Shown here one piece after another: positions 25,060 through 36,870 of a stretch of 64,000 nucleotides of DNA (position 1 is the stretch's first letter; each line of letters starts with the position of its first letter). Location: positions 1-64,000 of the forward strand of contig JYFJ02001685.1 of assembly GCA_000934665.2 (NCBI GenBank), given 5' to 3'. Both the position numbers and the translations under genes were made by a program. Under the pieces are notes generated by a model. It searched no databases, was not told where the DNA came from, and worked only from the letters and a program-made list of their open reading frames with translations. The stretch is from Catajapyx aquilonaris (lineage: Eukaryota).

Positions 25060-25926
25060 TTATGCTGACATGCCCCTTTGGGCATCTGATGCTGCCAGGA
25101 ATTTCTTGAGCTGCTGGAGGTGCAAGCGCTTAGCCTGATATCGTGTCACTTGCCTGAGAGCGCTGTAGCCTATGACGAGTTCAGCCAAGATGAAGAGGGA
25201 CATGACAATGTTGACTGCCCGCTCCATGGGTAACAGGAGTGCAGCCTCATTCAGGAGGAGGAATCCTTGCATAGGCAGCTGCAAGAGCAGGCTCAGGAGC
25301 CAGAATGCAGCCAGTTCAGGCACCTAGGAAGATTTAATTAAGTTTGCTAGCCAAAGTAAAGAAGCAACTCGTTCCTGAAAAGCATCTGTAACTTCCATAC
25401 CTTCTCAGTAATATTCCCCAAGTAGCCCAAATACAGACGGACCACTTCTATTAGGCACACCGCGACGAGGAGGATGACTAGGATGAACTGGTACAAATTG
25501 GACAGGCAATCATACTGGAAGAATATGACAATGTATAGTAGATGACTGGTGACTGATTTGAGCGATGTTACCTTTAATCTGAGCATGGTAACCATTGTCA
25601 CCAGCCAGCATGGGAAGAAGAAGGCATTGAAGTAGAGTGCAATTTGCAGTGGCAAACTAGACAGGACCTGTTCACCTGAAAGAAAGAATGTCATGTTAAT
25701 CCTGGAAATGCTTAACACATATCCATTTAGCTTTCCCTCCACACCTATACAGAAGTCATTTCCCTCCAACAAATCGTGAAAAACAAGTCCCTTGATTACC
25801 AACAATCAGTGGTCCAGTTTCGGCAACATCTTCTGCGCTGCCAGCCATCTCCTGATAGGAAGGCATGTCTGGGAAAATACTCCTGGAGAAGGAGACCACA
25901 GCTCTCTTCATGGATCCTGCTGCCAT
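25060..25926 (-). CDS. TMEM17: Transmembrane protein 17 (ciliary transition zone, 202 aa)
   Basis: Exons 25926-25800, 25675-25572, 25514-25401, 25323-25060. Motifs SSLPLQIALYFN, IEVVRLYLGYLGNITEKVPELAAFWLLSLLLQLP. Confidence 0.93.
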
Positions 25927-25929
25927 GAC

Positions 25930-26530
25930 TGCCTACCAGAAATCCTGAAGCTAGTAAGAAATACTTGCACCGCACCCTGTACAAAAGAGTACGACACAGG
26001 ACACAGCTGACAGTTGCACAGAGCCGCCAACGAAACCCTCACTGCGGCGCCACCTGCACCACCGACGCTGTTGCCATTTATAAACGTATGATTTTTATGT
26101 AATGGCAATCAAATATTTATGGTGCGAAACAGTGCAAAACTGATAGCAATTTTGGCCTGTGTTCTGCAACTTTTTCGACCTGTTCAAAACTGGCGCGTCG
26201 AGGGTTGCAGTCTTCCAGATTTAAACATGATCTACGTTCAGTTATCAAAATGATAGCTCTGGCCCTATTTTTATTTAAAATAATTAATTGCACATTATCT
26301 AAGTATATTGGAATTAAAAATGTTGTAGTTGACAGTGCATCTGGAAACCCTTTGTTTCCAACATGGCGTCGAGCATGGGGTGTTTCTTTCCGTCGCGTCG
26401 TCGCCCGTCCGTCCTTGTTGATCTGGCATGAGATGAATTAGAGGAGATTCGGCCCAATTGTCTCGCCCAACAAGTCCATCTAGCTGCAGAGCCCACCGGG
26501 GATCCACTGGTGCGAGGTCCAGTTGAGGTA
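25930..26530. promoter_or_regulatory. Probable bidirectional promoter of TMEM17 and the MATH-BTB gene
   Basis: CpG-enriched segment between divergent genes; YY1-like AACATGGCG at ~26360; + strand donor GAG|GTAATT at ~26527. Confidence 0.45.
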
Positions 26531-27421
26531 ATTGTGATGCTCGGTACTTAATGACCGACCTGAGAAGAAGTAACATGAGATCTATTGTTTGTTACGCGAT
26601 ACAAGCCAGCCAATCGCGGTAGGAATTGATGCTTGTCATTGGCTGGCTTGTGGCAATGGAATGCAAAGAGAGTGAAGCCTGGCAGTATGGGACTGTTCCG
26701 CTGAAACTTTCCATGATGGACTCAGGCGCCAACCACACAGGGAAACCCTGTCAGTGTGGTAGGTTCGATCCCAGACCACAGTGCAGGTCATGGTGGGAAT
26801 AGTTAAGACGTTCAGTTCATTGCTACTTCACTTCTGTTACATACACCCTTCTTCGAGGGAGAGGTTCAGTTGTTGCAGGCAACTTGAATGCATTTATCTA
26901 ATATTGGAACTCTTTTTTGTTACATGATATCAGCCATCCAGTCCTGGGTGATACTACTATGAGTTGCTGCTCCTCATTGCCTGATTTATTTCGTCTGCAC
27001 ATGATGACTGGCAATGCTACCTTTCCGGTAAGAAGGTCTTGTATGATAAGGTGTACCACGAGAGTGGTCAGATTACTGCAAATATCTGATGGTGTGGAGT
27101 TGCTGTGGTGCTCACCTCCTGCACTTGCTTTTGTTATTGGCTGTTGCGTAGAGCTTAATGCATTTCATGAGAGCCTATGAAAATTGCAAATGTTGTTGCA
27201 TTTGGGGGGCAGGGGGAGAACCTGCTATTTTCTGTTGCTACTGATGGCAACGTCAGTTGGCCCATGTTTGTAATCTTTTGAATTTCATGGGCTCCTTGAT
27301 TTATTTGTGACCATGTCCACATGCAGTTGACTGGCACACTTTTGTGTCAAAATGCTTCTGTAAGTACGTATACATAAAAGTGTATGAAGTTTTATAATAC
27401 AGGCGTAATTACATTATACTA

Positions 27422-27675
27422 ATTGAAGACCTCGGGGGAAGAACAATCAAGGTCCACCTGAGGTGAAACTGAGATATTCTCGAAGGCCCATAAAAGGTTC
27501 TATTGTACATCCCACTTTCGGGGCCTTCCATAGTGACCTATGATCGTTACTCTACAACCACGACCAAACCATCATACTCTACACTGGTGAAATTATCTTC
27601 TGAGATAATTATGTAACTAATTTTTGACAAAAAGTGGACCTTGATTGTTCTTCCCCCAGTCCAGAAGTCTTCAAT
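27422..27675. mobile_element. MITE with ~35-bp TIRs
   Basis: GGGGGAAGAACAATCAAGGTCCAC ... GTGGACCTTGATTGTTCTTCCCCC, with outer ATTGAAGAC/GTCTTCAAT. Confidence 0.7.
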
Positions 27676-28067
27676 ATGTCACTATGAAATAAGCACATGC
27701 AGCATTGCAAAGGGAAGAGCAAATCTGAGGGTGTAGTTGTTATAGTTAATATATTAATATATAAGTAATTTTGATGTTCTGGCGATTTGTCAAGGGCAAG
27801 CCATTACTCTATGCTTCATATGCCACATTTCCTCATTCTCTCTCACTTTAATTACTCTGATAAGAGTGTGGTGCAGAGGAGGGATAAGTAACTTGATCCT
27901 CTATTCCAGTGGTTCCCAACCTTTTCTCAGGTCACGACCCCCTCAGGACTTACAGGCTTACATGATAGGCCATGTTACTGAAGGACTGTTTTCTATTTGG
28001 AGAACTACGCAATATTTTATAAAAATATTTGTATAATTTGATATTTATTTCATAGGGGTAGGATATA

Positions 28068-28308
28068 CAAGATGTTCCGAGTTTGTTGGTCCTTTTAGTT
28101 ACAGGATTTTGCTTGAAGCTGTTATTTTTTTGTAGCTTGTTGCGCCCCCCTAACCAGGTGCCCTATTCTATATTATCATCTGCTATGTTTTTTGACCACC
28201 TGGGAGTAATGGGGCATCTGGATCGGGACAGGACAAGCTACACAAAAATAACTACTTCAGGTGATATTAGTGATAACTAAAAACGACCAACGAACTTGGA
28301 ACACCCTG
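28068..28308. mobile_element. Tc1/mariner-type MITE (CAGGGTG family), copy 2
   Basis: Inverted homolog of 7618-7854 with TA flanks; lies just downstream of a lone hAT end CAGTGGTTCCCAACC at 27907. Confidence 0.75.
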
Positions 28309-28458
28309 TACATATTTGATGAAACAGGAGTGTTTACAAACCAGTATGCTGTTATCAGTCTATAAGTTTGACATGCAGAGAAGTGGATGCCAGAAACAGA
28401 GGCTAGACATTAATTCTGTTTGTAATATATTGCTATCTGTGGAGTGAACTAGTGTTGT

Positions 28459-28659
28459 TAGGGGGGCATGGTAGTCTCCTGGCCAGCCAAGCGGGAGGTC
28501 TGGGGTTCAAATCCCGTCCCCGTCACCTTCGCTTGGTTGGGTCTTTTTCTGCTTTTCACCCGACACGTCCAGGCAGAATTGCACTCCCTTCTCTGCCCAG
28601 GGCCAAGAGAAAAGGTCTGGTTGCCCCTGGCCGTATCACAGGGTATTAAAAACAAAGCA
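28459..28659 (+). mobile_element. tRNA-derived SINE with 12-bp TSD
   Basis: B box GGTTCAAATCC in a tRNA-like head, A-rich tail, exact TSD AACTAGTGTTGT (28447-28458, 28660-28671). Confidence 0.85.
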
Positions 28660-28700
28660 AACTAGTGTTGTGTTTCATCTTGCAGGCCCCTCACACAGTG

Positions 28701-29708
28701 ATGCCAGGTATTCAACATGATATCTTAACTCCACCAGTTCAGCCCTACTGCTTCAAGTGGACAATTGAAAAATTCAGTGTCCTTGAAAAGGAATACAAAC
28801 TTGTGTCCAAACCCTTCACTATTGATGGACCTGAACCAACCAAATGGGAGATGTGGCTTTATCCTAGGGGTAAAAGAGACCAACCTTCAGACCACATTTC
28901 ATTTTATTTGGTTTATCTTCCTGCGACAGACAATGTCACTGTCACCAATTCATTTCTGGTCAGCCTTCAGAGTACTTGTCATAATGATTACTACTATGGT
29001 AAATCTGTTGCCACATATTCCAGTTCACGTACCTGCATGGGGTATCGTGACTTTGTTGCCGTTGATTTGTTGGCATCAAGGGCATATGACCTGATTCCAA
29101 AGGATAGACTGACATTGATTTGTAAGGGAGATGTCTTGGTGGAAAGGTGTAAGGAGGCAAAGCGATTCAAAGGTGCTGCATTATCTGCCGATGTGCAGGA
29201 GATGCTTCACTCAAATGCAAGCAAGGATGTAGTATTGGTGTCTGGAGAGGAAGAGTTTCGTGTGCACAAGTTTATTCTGATCGCCCGAAGTCCAGTGTTT
29301 GCTGCAATGTTCGAGCATGATACGGAAGAGAAAAAAACAGGACGGGTTGTTTTCAAGGACTTGAATCCAAAGATGGTGAGAGGCCTTATCCACTTCCTCT
29401 ACACCGATCAAGCCCCTGAAGATATGCCAGAAATGGCCATGGATTTGATGGCAGCTGCAGACAAGTACCAGATTTCTCGACTTCAGTACTTGTGTGAGCA
29501 GTATCTTGAGAGCACACTGACTGTAACAAATGTGATTGGGAGTCTGAGTTTTGCCTTGTTGCATAACTTGCCAATAATGAAGGAAGCATGCTTACAGTTT
29601 GCGAAATCCAACATGAAGGAAGTCAAAGAGAGCCAGTCTTGGCATGAGTGTACTGATGTGGATGTCTTCAAAACCATTGCAGATTTTTGTACCAGGCAAT
29701 CTCATTAA
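28701..29708 (+). CDS. SPOP/roadkill-like MATH-BTB protein, single coding exon (335 aa)
   Basis: MATH: FKWTIEKFS...KWEMWLYPRG...DRLTLIC. BTB: DVVLVSGEEEFRVHKFILIARSPVFAAMFEH...LMAAADKYQISRLQYLCE. Acceptor AG at 28684-28685 precedes the ATG. Confidence 0.92.
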   Translation: MPGIQHDILTPPVQPYCFKWTIEKFSVLEKEYKLVSKPFTIDGPEPTKWEMWLYPRGKRDQPSDHISFYLVYLPATDNVTVTNSFLVSLQSTCHNDYYYGKSVATYSSSRTCMGYRDFVAVDLLASRAYDLIPKDRLTLICKGDVLVERCKEAKRFKGAALSADVQEMLHSNASKDVVLVSGEEEFRVHKFILIARSPVFAAMFEHDTEEKKTGRVVFKDLNPKMVRGLIHFLYTDQAPEDMPEMAMDLMAAADKYQISRLQYLCEQYLESTLTVTNVIGSLSFALLHNLPIMKEACLQFAKSNMKEVKESQSWHECTDVDVFKTIADFCTRQSH

Positions 29709-30749
29709 TTCTCTGATGACTATGTATTAGCTGCACTATTGTTTTGCGTGGATTTTCAGAAGATTGACCTGATATGAATCCTATCGGAAGTGAGCAATGG
29801 AGACTGTACCAATTACAAGATTGTATTTACGTCGCTTTGTTCATTTGAGTTGTACTTTTAATGTTGTAGTGACAATGACTTATGTTGTGTGCTTGCTTGC
29901 ATTGCATCATTTTAATGCAACAGTTATTATAGATCTGTCAATTATGTGCTCATTTCCATTTTATATTTCCCTGGACTGTAATAAACGGAGGTTTTGCTGT
30001 TATTGTGTAGTAATTAACTTTATAATCATCTGCAACAGGTTGACTGTTTTAAGAAGTGTACTCGGATGGCAAAATGTTAAGGTGGTGAGGGCTCGGAAGG
30101 CAGGTGGACCAAACAGGTAGGTATCCCAAATGTATGAGTGTTGTTATTCTCAGCTGGTTGAGCAAGTGAACCTGTTTGTGTAATTGGATAGTGTCCTGCA
30201 ATGAACTGTTAGAATATAGGGGAAAGTAGGAGAGTTCTGGTTTGAAGTAATTGTGCCATGAATACGTTTTGAAGGAACAAGAAACTGTCTAAATATTGCT
30301 GTAAGGGTCATCTGCCGATTCTCTTTCACTCTTGGTGTAAAACTAGTAGAAAAGCAATAGTGTGATGCGACTGTATTTCACAGAGGATCATAGTTATGCA
30401 TAATCAAATCTCAACTATTGCCAACTTGATGTACTATGGGAATGAAATGTTGCGCTTCACCAAAATGAAGTTACTCGTGGCCTAAAATGTAACTTTCCTT
30501 CTGAGAATAATGATGTTAATTGTATTCATTAAACTTCAACTGTTAAAATTTCCTACATCCCACAGGATAATATTGCCCTAAACATACTATCACAATGTGT
30601 ATTAAAATCCTTGCAAGCAGTCACCCTTGCCTATTACTATACAAACCAATAAAGAAGTCAATACAGCATGGGAAACTCTGCACCTGACTGCTGCCCTACA
30701 CGGAAACTCACGTCAATAACACTCCCAAGCAGTCCACAAATCCGCAAAA

Positions 30750-31222
30750 ATGGATGGCACTCCACCTGCAACATCAAAGAATGACTCCGAAGCTCAAAAT
30801 GGTAAACGCTGTATTTCTTTCAACATTGCACTTTAACAACTCATAATCTTGTTTTACAAGGGCAACACTTGTGGAACTTCCCACCCTTTCCCTTGACCTC
30901 ATTTGCCCCCTTTCCTATCCCCCATTACCCATTCCCATTGCCATCAGCCAATCCTTACTGGGCACTGCATCAACTCGGAGCTTCCTGGTCCAAACCCAGG
31001 CAGGGGTGCCAGCCAAAACCAGAAGAACCACCTGCTGGACAGAAGCCCCTGAAGTGCATCCAGTGTGAGTACGTGACCCATGACATGGACACACTCATGG
31101 AGCATCTGGACGTCCACTTCTCAGTCAAGACCTTTCTGTGCACCGAGTGCTATGCCTGCTTCCGCACCAAAGCTGACTACCAGCGTCACTTCCGGGGTGG
31201 GAAGTGCGAATCACAGGCTTAA
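30750..31222 (+). CDS. Small zinc-finger protein (~137 aa, Pro-rich N-terminus, C2H2 + C2HC fingers)
   Basis: Exons 30750-30801 and 30861-31222 (phase 1). Fingers CIQCEY...HLDVH and CTECYACF...YQRHFRGGKC. Confidence 0.7.
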
Positions 31223-32152
31223 AACTGATTTCATTACTTAAATATAATCTGGTCTTTTGCAAGCAAAGCTTATCACAAGCTAGACAAATATCGTTTTCTT
31301 CCTTGTATCCTAAAAGTAGCCTCTCAACACTGGCAATAAAATTACTTTAGAAAGTCTCTTAGATGACATGGAATCATATTAACATAACCAAGATTCGCTA
31401 AAGGCTAAGCTGGACACTGTTGCAACAGTTTTTGACAAATAGCAGTGTATCAATGATCTAAGTGACAATGAGTTTATCCTTGTTAAGTGTTAGGCAATTT
31501 GGATCAGTCGTGGTTTTTCACCAATATTTCTGTGCCGATGCCCATTATGCTGACTAAGACCTGACCACCCCTGTGAAGACAAACGCCTTGGGTTTCAGGT
31601 CTGCCATCCCATGAGAGAAAGCTTGAACAGAAATGTAAGGCAATTGAGTGCACTTGTCCAACTGCACATGCAGCAACTCTTCTTTCTTTCATATGAGGGC
31701 GGAAATCTACTCCATGTAGCTAATCTTACAATACTCATTTGCAGGGTAAATGTTGAACATTTGAGAAGAGCATAGGTTTAAGTATCTGCTAAGGTTTATG
31801 GGTCTCAGCACTGCATTGCTTTCCACATTGTCATGTTACAACCCTTTAATAGTATTGCCTTTAATAATCTCAATGTTGCTAATTTTCCATGCCATTAAAA
31901 ACAACTGTCCTTGTATAAATATCTCTCACTCAGAAAATAACATCTCTCTACAAAAATAAGATTCATTTAAAAAGGCAAATAAGTGCATTTAAAATTGGAA
32001 ACAAATTAAATACTTGGTGGCACAAATGTTTTAAGACTTGTAAGGTCAGGTACTAAATGGTACTGCTGCAAAACTAACACCTGATAATTAAAATCATGTT
32101 ACTGTGGAATGCCTCAATAATTTGGGAGTGAATGTGTACGTGACATGGAAGA

Positions 32153-35100
32153 CTACTTCTTAGTGGACTCCTCAACCTCGTAATCAATGTAACTCTGCCT
32201 AGTTCCTGCCATCTCTAGAAGATACAGATCTGGATTCTCTCTCCAGTCGCAGGCATTCCGGTTCACCTTGCGGTTCTTCTCGGCCTGTTTCACCTCCCAT
32301 TTCTTCACTTCAAGCTGTGCCTCTCTGCAAAATAAGCGAAAATTAACCTGTGTCCTGTCATGCACCTGTTGTATGTTTACCTTTCAGAAGCCGATCCACA
32401 ACCCCAGACTTCAATAGACTGCAAACGGTAAGGGATCTTCCTGTAGGAGAGTAAGGACATATTCTGGTCCACTTCCAAGATGTGCGAGCGGGGGTCTGTT
32501 CCCACTTGTATTCCAAATGGGTAGCCTCGAATGTTGAAGTTCACGAAGACTAATTTTTCACCTTCTGTAAATGATTATGTTATACTTCTGCATCTATGAA
32601 CATGTCACAGCAATTAAACATCCCACCACAAAAAAGTAACTTACTATCTAGAACATGAAAGTTTGGCAACAGCTGGATAGCCATGCAACTGGTCCCTCCC
32701 CAGAAGTTGTGGGATTCGTGCCATTCCTTGTCAACAGCCACACAGAACAGCTGGTTTCCTTCCCCCTTTAAGAATGTCATAGTTGGTCCACGATAGCTGA
32801 ATAAATGATGCTGGAACCTGACATGGGAGAAAAAATAAAGCTTGAGTTGCTTGTTTTCCACCTATTCCTTGCAGTTGGTGATTTAGACAAACCTGTTTAC
32901 ACTCAAGCCATGAGATTCGCTGTTGTAGAGAGGGGTCCAATGTGTAGGACTCACGGCTTGAACCTACATTAATAATACTGATCAGTACTTCATTCTCTGG
33001 TTCCATTAGTTTGTTTTTTTTGCTCAATTTTCAAATCTGCCTAATTGAGCTTAATCCTCCCACTATAATTATGTGTATTATAATACACATACAGTAAATA
33101 TTCGCATCACCTATGGTGACAACGGCAGGGACAGCACTCCCAATTATCTATGCTAAGTTCCCAAAAAATGGTGGTATTCCATCCCCCTAAGAGGGCCTAC
33201 GGCCCTAGCACGGGGTACCTTTAAAAAAAAAAACAAAAACATGGGTGTTCCTGGATAATCAGAAAACACTGTTAATCCAAAAATGGTCCTAAACACCATA
33301 AAAATACTGACATTCTTTCAGACTTTCATTTCTAACTTTTGTTTTTTGGCTATGCAGAGATATAATCTGCAACACGGATAATTGGGAGTACAGTGTATGA
33401 CACCCTTTATGGTCAGGTCGCCGTAACTCTGACACAGTGTATGACACCCCTCCCCCAAGCAATTCTAGAAAGATCATAAAACTGACCATCCTAGCAATGA
33501 ACTGGTGTGGATCCAATAAAGACAAAGACGATGCATTTGGTGTTCCCGGATTCCCCTGTGGTTTGGTGTAGAGTGGAGGAAGCACTGTTGCCAGAAGCCA
33601 CACTTGAGTGGAATTCAGAGGGTTGGACCATTTTAACTCCTTGTTGTCCAATACTGGTGTTGAGGGCAAGCTTCCAGACCATATTTCCTAAACAAAATTC
33701 AGTTAGCTTCTGTTTTCTCAATTAGGGTCACACTGTCCTTACTTCTCCTCCTTCCTGAACCCTCCGGGAGAGAAACTTATGCCCCGTTGAAATTTGGTTA
33801 GCCACATAGCGATGCATCCAAACCAGAAGACGAGGGCAGTTTTGTTCCACCCAGTGTACCAAGAAAGTGACAGGCACTTCACTCTTTCCATGCATCTGAA
33901 ATTATCAGCTGGTGTAAATTAAATCTCACCTTTGAAAATAATAATTCACAATTACTACTAAATCAATATATTACCGCTGACAGTGTGACAGCTTTCAAAG
34001 CCTCTTGAACTGAAGGGTCTGTGGAATCATGATCAGGATGAGCATACAAGGCTATCTTGCATGCTGTTTCCACTAGTTTTGACATGCCCTCCTGAGTTAT
34101 AGTGTCACCTTTCGAGAACACCTGTAAGCAATTTGGGACCAAATCAAATATTAGTCTTGAAAATCCAACCAGTTTCCAAATTAACTTAAAATATTATAAC
34201 ATACTCTGTTCTAAAAAAAACCCTCCCCATTGTGCACATATAAAAAGTTTTGGCGGAGAACATATGACCTTCATATTCTTAGTTATTCCAGTTAATTAAT
34301 ACAAGAGAAATAATGACCACAAAACTCCACTTGAGGTAAAATTACACTATGTGTTACACAAGTGCATCTATTTCATATATGCAATCCTTAATTTATAGAT
34401 TCATGTCTGAAATCACTGGATGGTTGCTTTCTTGATATCAGTTCTTATCCTGATATTTTACATCATGAAGTTCATAATAATTCATTGCAAGGGATAGGGG
34501 CTCCATGTTGAACAATGCAGACCAAGCAAGTAGCCTTTCAATTTTTCCTTACCCGAACATAGTATTCCAGGTGATCACCATCAGTCATAGAAAGGATTTG
34601 GTGAGCAGCCTCCTTGAAGTCACGTTTGGTGATAAAGCTCTTGTCCTTGTGGACACTTTTCTGACGAATGAAGTTGAAGAAACTCTCCCCAAATGCATAG
34701 TTGCTCTTGAATAAGGACTTCTGTGAATGAAAAAGTTACTAAGTCATGTGCTCATTAAATGTACACTCATGTGATTGCCCTTTCACTATGGGCCAGTTGC
34801 ATACGCAAGGTAGCCCAGAATGGTTGAACCCATGTCATACAGTGAATATCACAATAATTACTTGTTCTGGGTTTACCATAATTTATTTAACAAATCCGAA
34901 ATAAGTGTGACATGAGACTCAAGGAAATAAGAGTAACAAAGTAGTTTTGAAAGATACAACAACTTTAGCACTTTCAACTGGAAACAATAATTGTCCTGCA
35001 GCATGAGGCTAGTTTAGATTAGAAAGTCATTATTTTGCTTTACAGATTAAATTTATTACTCTTAGTGGTAGCCCAATGTACACTTCCAGACTCTATGAAA

Positions 35101-36870
35101 GTTGTAAACATACAATCAGCCACTTTCACAACATTTTCAAGCATAGAAATTCCTCATAATGTATAGCAGCACATCAAGCCTTCCACATAATAATTTGATT
35201 ACAGTCAATAAATTCCTGGGTAATTTATCTTAAACATACCTGGAATGTTGTTAGAGTAATCCCATCACTATTCTCTTCCTTATGAGACTTCTGTACTAGA
35301 AACTGTAAAAAGAAGGGAAAAAATGTCATTAGCGGAAACGATGAGTGTTAAATTAAAGCCAGTGAGATTACTCCAGACTGAATTGGCTTATAGTCAGTTA
35401 TAACTAGCCCATTGCAAGAGAAGCAATTGTAGAAACCCTACATGACGCAGTGCAGTGCCTATTTTAAGCCAACCATATCAGATGGGTGGGGCTTGTCATA
35501 GCAAGTAGGCCAGTCTTCATTTAATTGCTGCCTTTGTCAGAAAGTAGATCAGAAATGTTTATAACTGAAAGGCCTCATATCCTCCCACCTAAAAAGGTAC
35601 AGAGAACTCGTATAAATATGCCTCTCATTGAACACATTTGAGAGGGATTCTATTAGTCCTAGATTAGTCCATGCAACATGATAATAATTGATAAATACAT
35701 ATAATTTCAGAGATTATTGCCATTTGCAAATGATAAAGCAGTTGATATGATATATATGTTCAAAACCATACACAATTTTGTGCATCATTTTTGGCTGGGA
35801 GGCATCATTAAGCCATGAAGAGCAATAAAGTTTTGGAAAAACAAACTTGTTAATGACTAGGTAAATTAGGGCACAATGGCAATGCTCATGACCACATATG
35901 GAAAGCCCAAGCTCGGGTTTTCCCATCTCATCTAGGATCTCTCTGGCTTCATCTCAGGCTGGATTTCTATAAACAACTATCACCATCACCAGGGACATAA
36001 CCAAAACTTAACTGCCATTGCATTCTAACATTTGGCCACTAAAAATGATGATGTGCACCTTGGACTTCGAATTAGTTAATCACTCAACTTTGCCATGGCA
36101 AGAAAGTTCACAATAACTTTGTACAATTGAAATTTACTGCTGCAAGCACAGGAAAATATTTAAAATTAATTGAAGCCTCCTAAAATAAATTTCACCAAGA
36201 ACATGGCATAACTCATATGGAATTTGCTCTTTAAATTGAGTTATTAGTCTACAAAATTTGTTATTCCAGTACCTGCCCTTTGAAGAAAACCAACAAGGAC
36301 TGCTTGATGCCCACCACAGGATTTACCACATTGAACCTAACTTTTTATGATGAATTACACATTATGCTGCATGCGCACACAATGTCAGTTACCTGATCAA
36401 TTCTCATTATTGACGATACCTGATTTGCATCAGTTGCATGAAACAGCCACAAGTGTCTCATGACATACAACTATTCAGTACATGAACGATGGCCAATACC
36501 GCATTGGCACCCAACGCATCATTCCTGTCCATAATATTAATTTTATAGCTGGCACGAAGCAAGTCACTTTTACTACACATTTTACCTAGAAATATTACCC
36601 ATAGTTAGACCACCACGATTGGCAAGTGGATAACACACCAATGTCACCTACGCTCTGAGGCATTCTAGATTTTTAAAAATGCTGTCCCCTCTATAAGCAT
36701 GGATCCAACAAGGGAAAACTCCTTCACCCAGTGCGACTCACCTTGGCAAGTTTGTCGACGGGTGACTCTGACAAGGAGGCCATGCTGGGGGACTTCTTGA
36801 ATGCGGGCGATTCGGTCTCGTTGTGCTGGTGGTGATGCAGATCATTGCTGCTGCTGTGGTGATTCCCCAT
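32153..36870 (-). CDS. N-myristoylated TLDc-domain protein (EAK-7/MEAK7-like, ~486 aa)
   Basis: Ten exons: 36870-36742, 35302-35240, 34720-34553, 34121-33975, 33895-33743, 33687-33487, 32963-32893, 32817-32645, 32564-32381, 32324-32153. N-terminus MGNHHS; TLDc WTPLYNSESHGLSVNRF...YRGPT...IEVWGCG. Confidence 0.88.

Noticed and set aside
28459..28530. tRNA gene
   Set aside because: Only the B-box/T-arm is intact; the unique body, A-rich tail and TSD identify a SINE.
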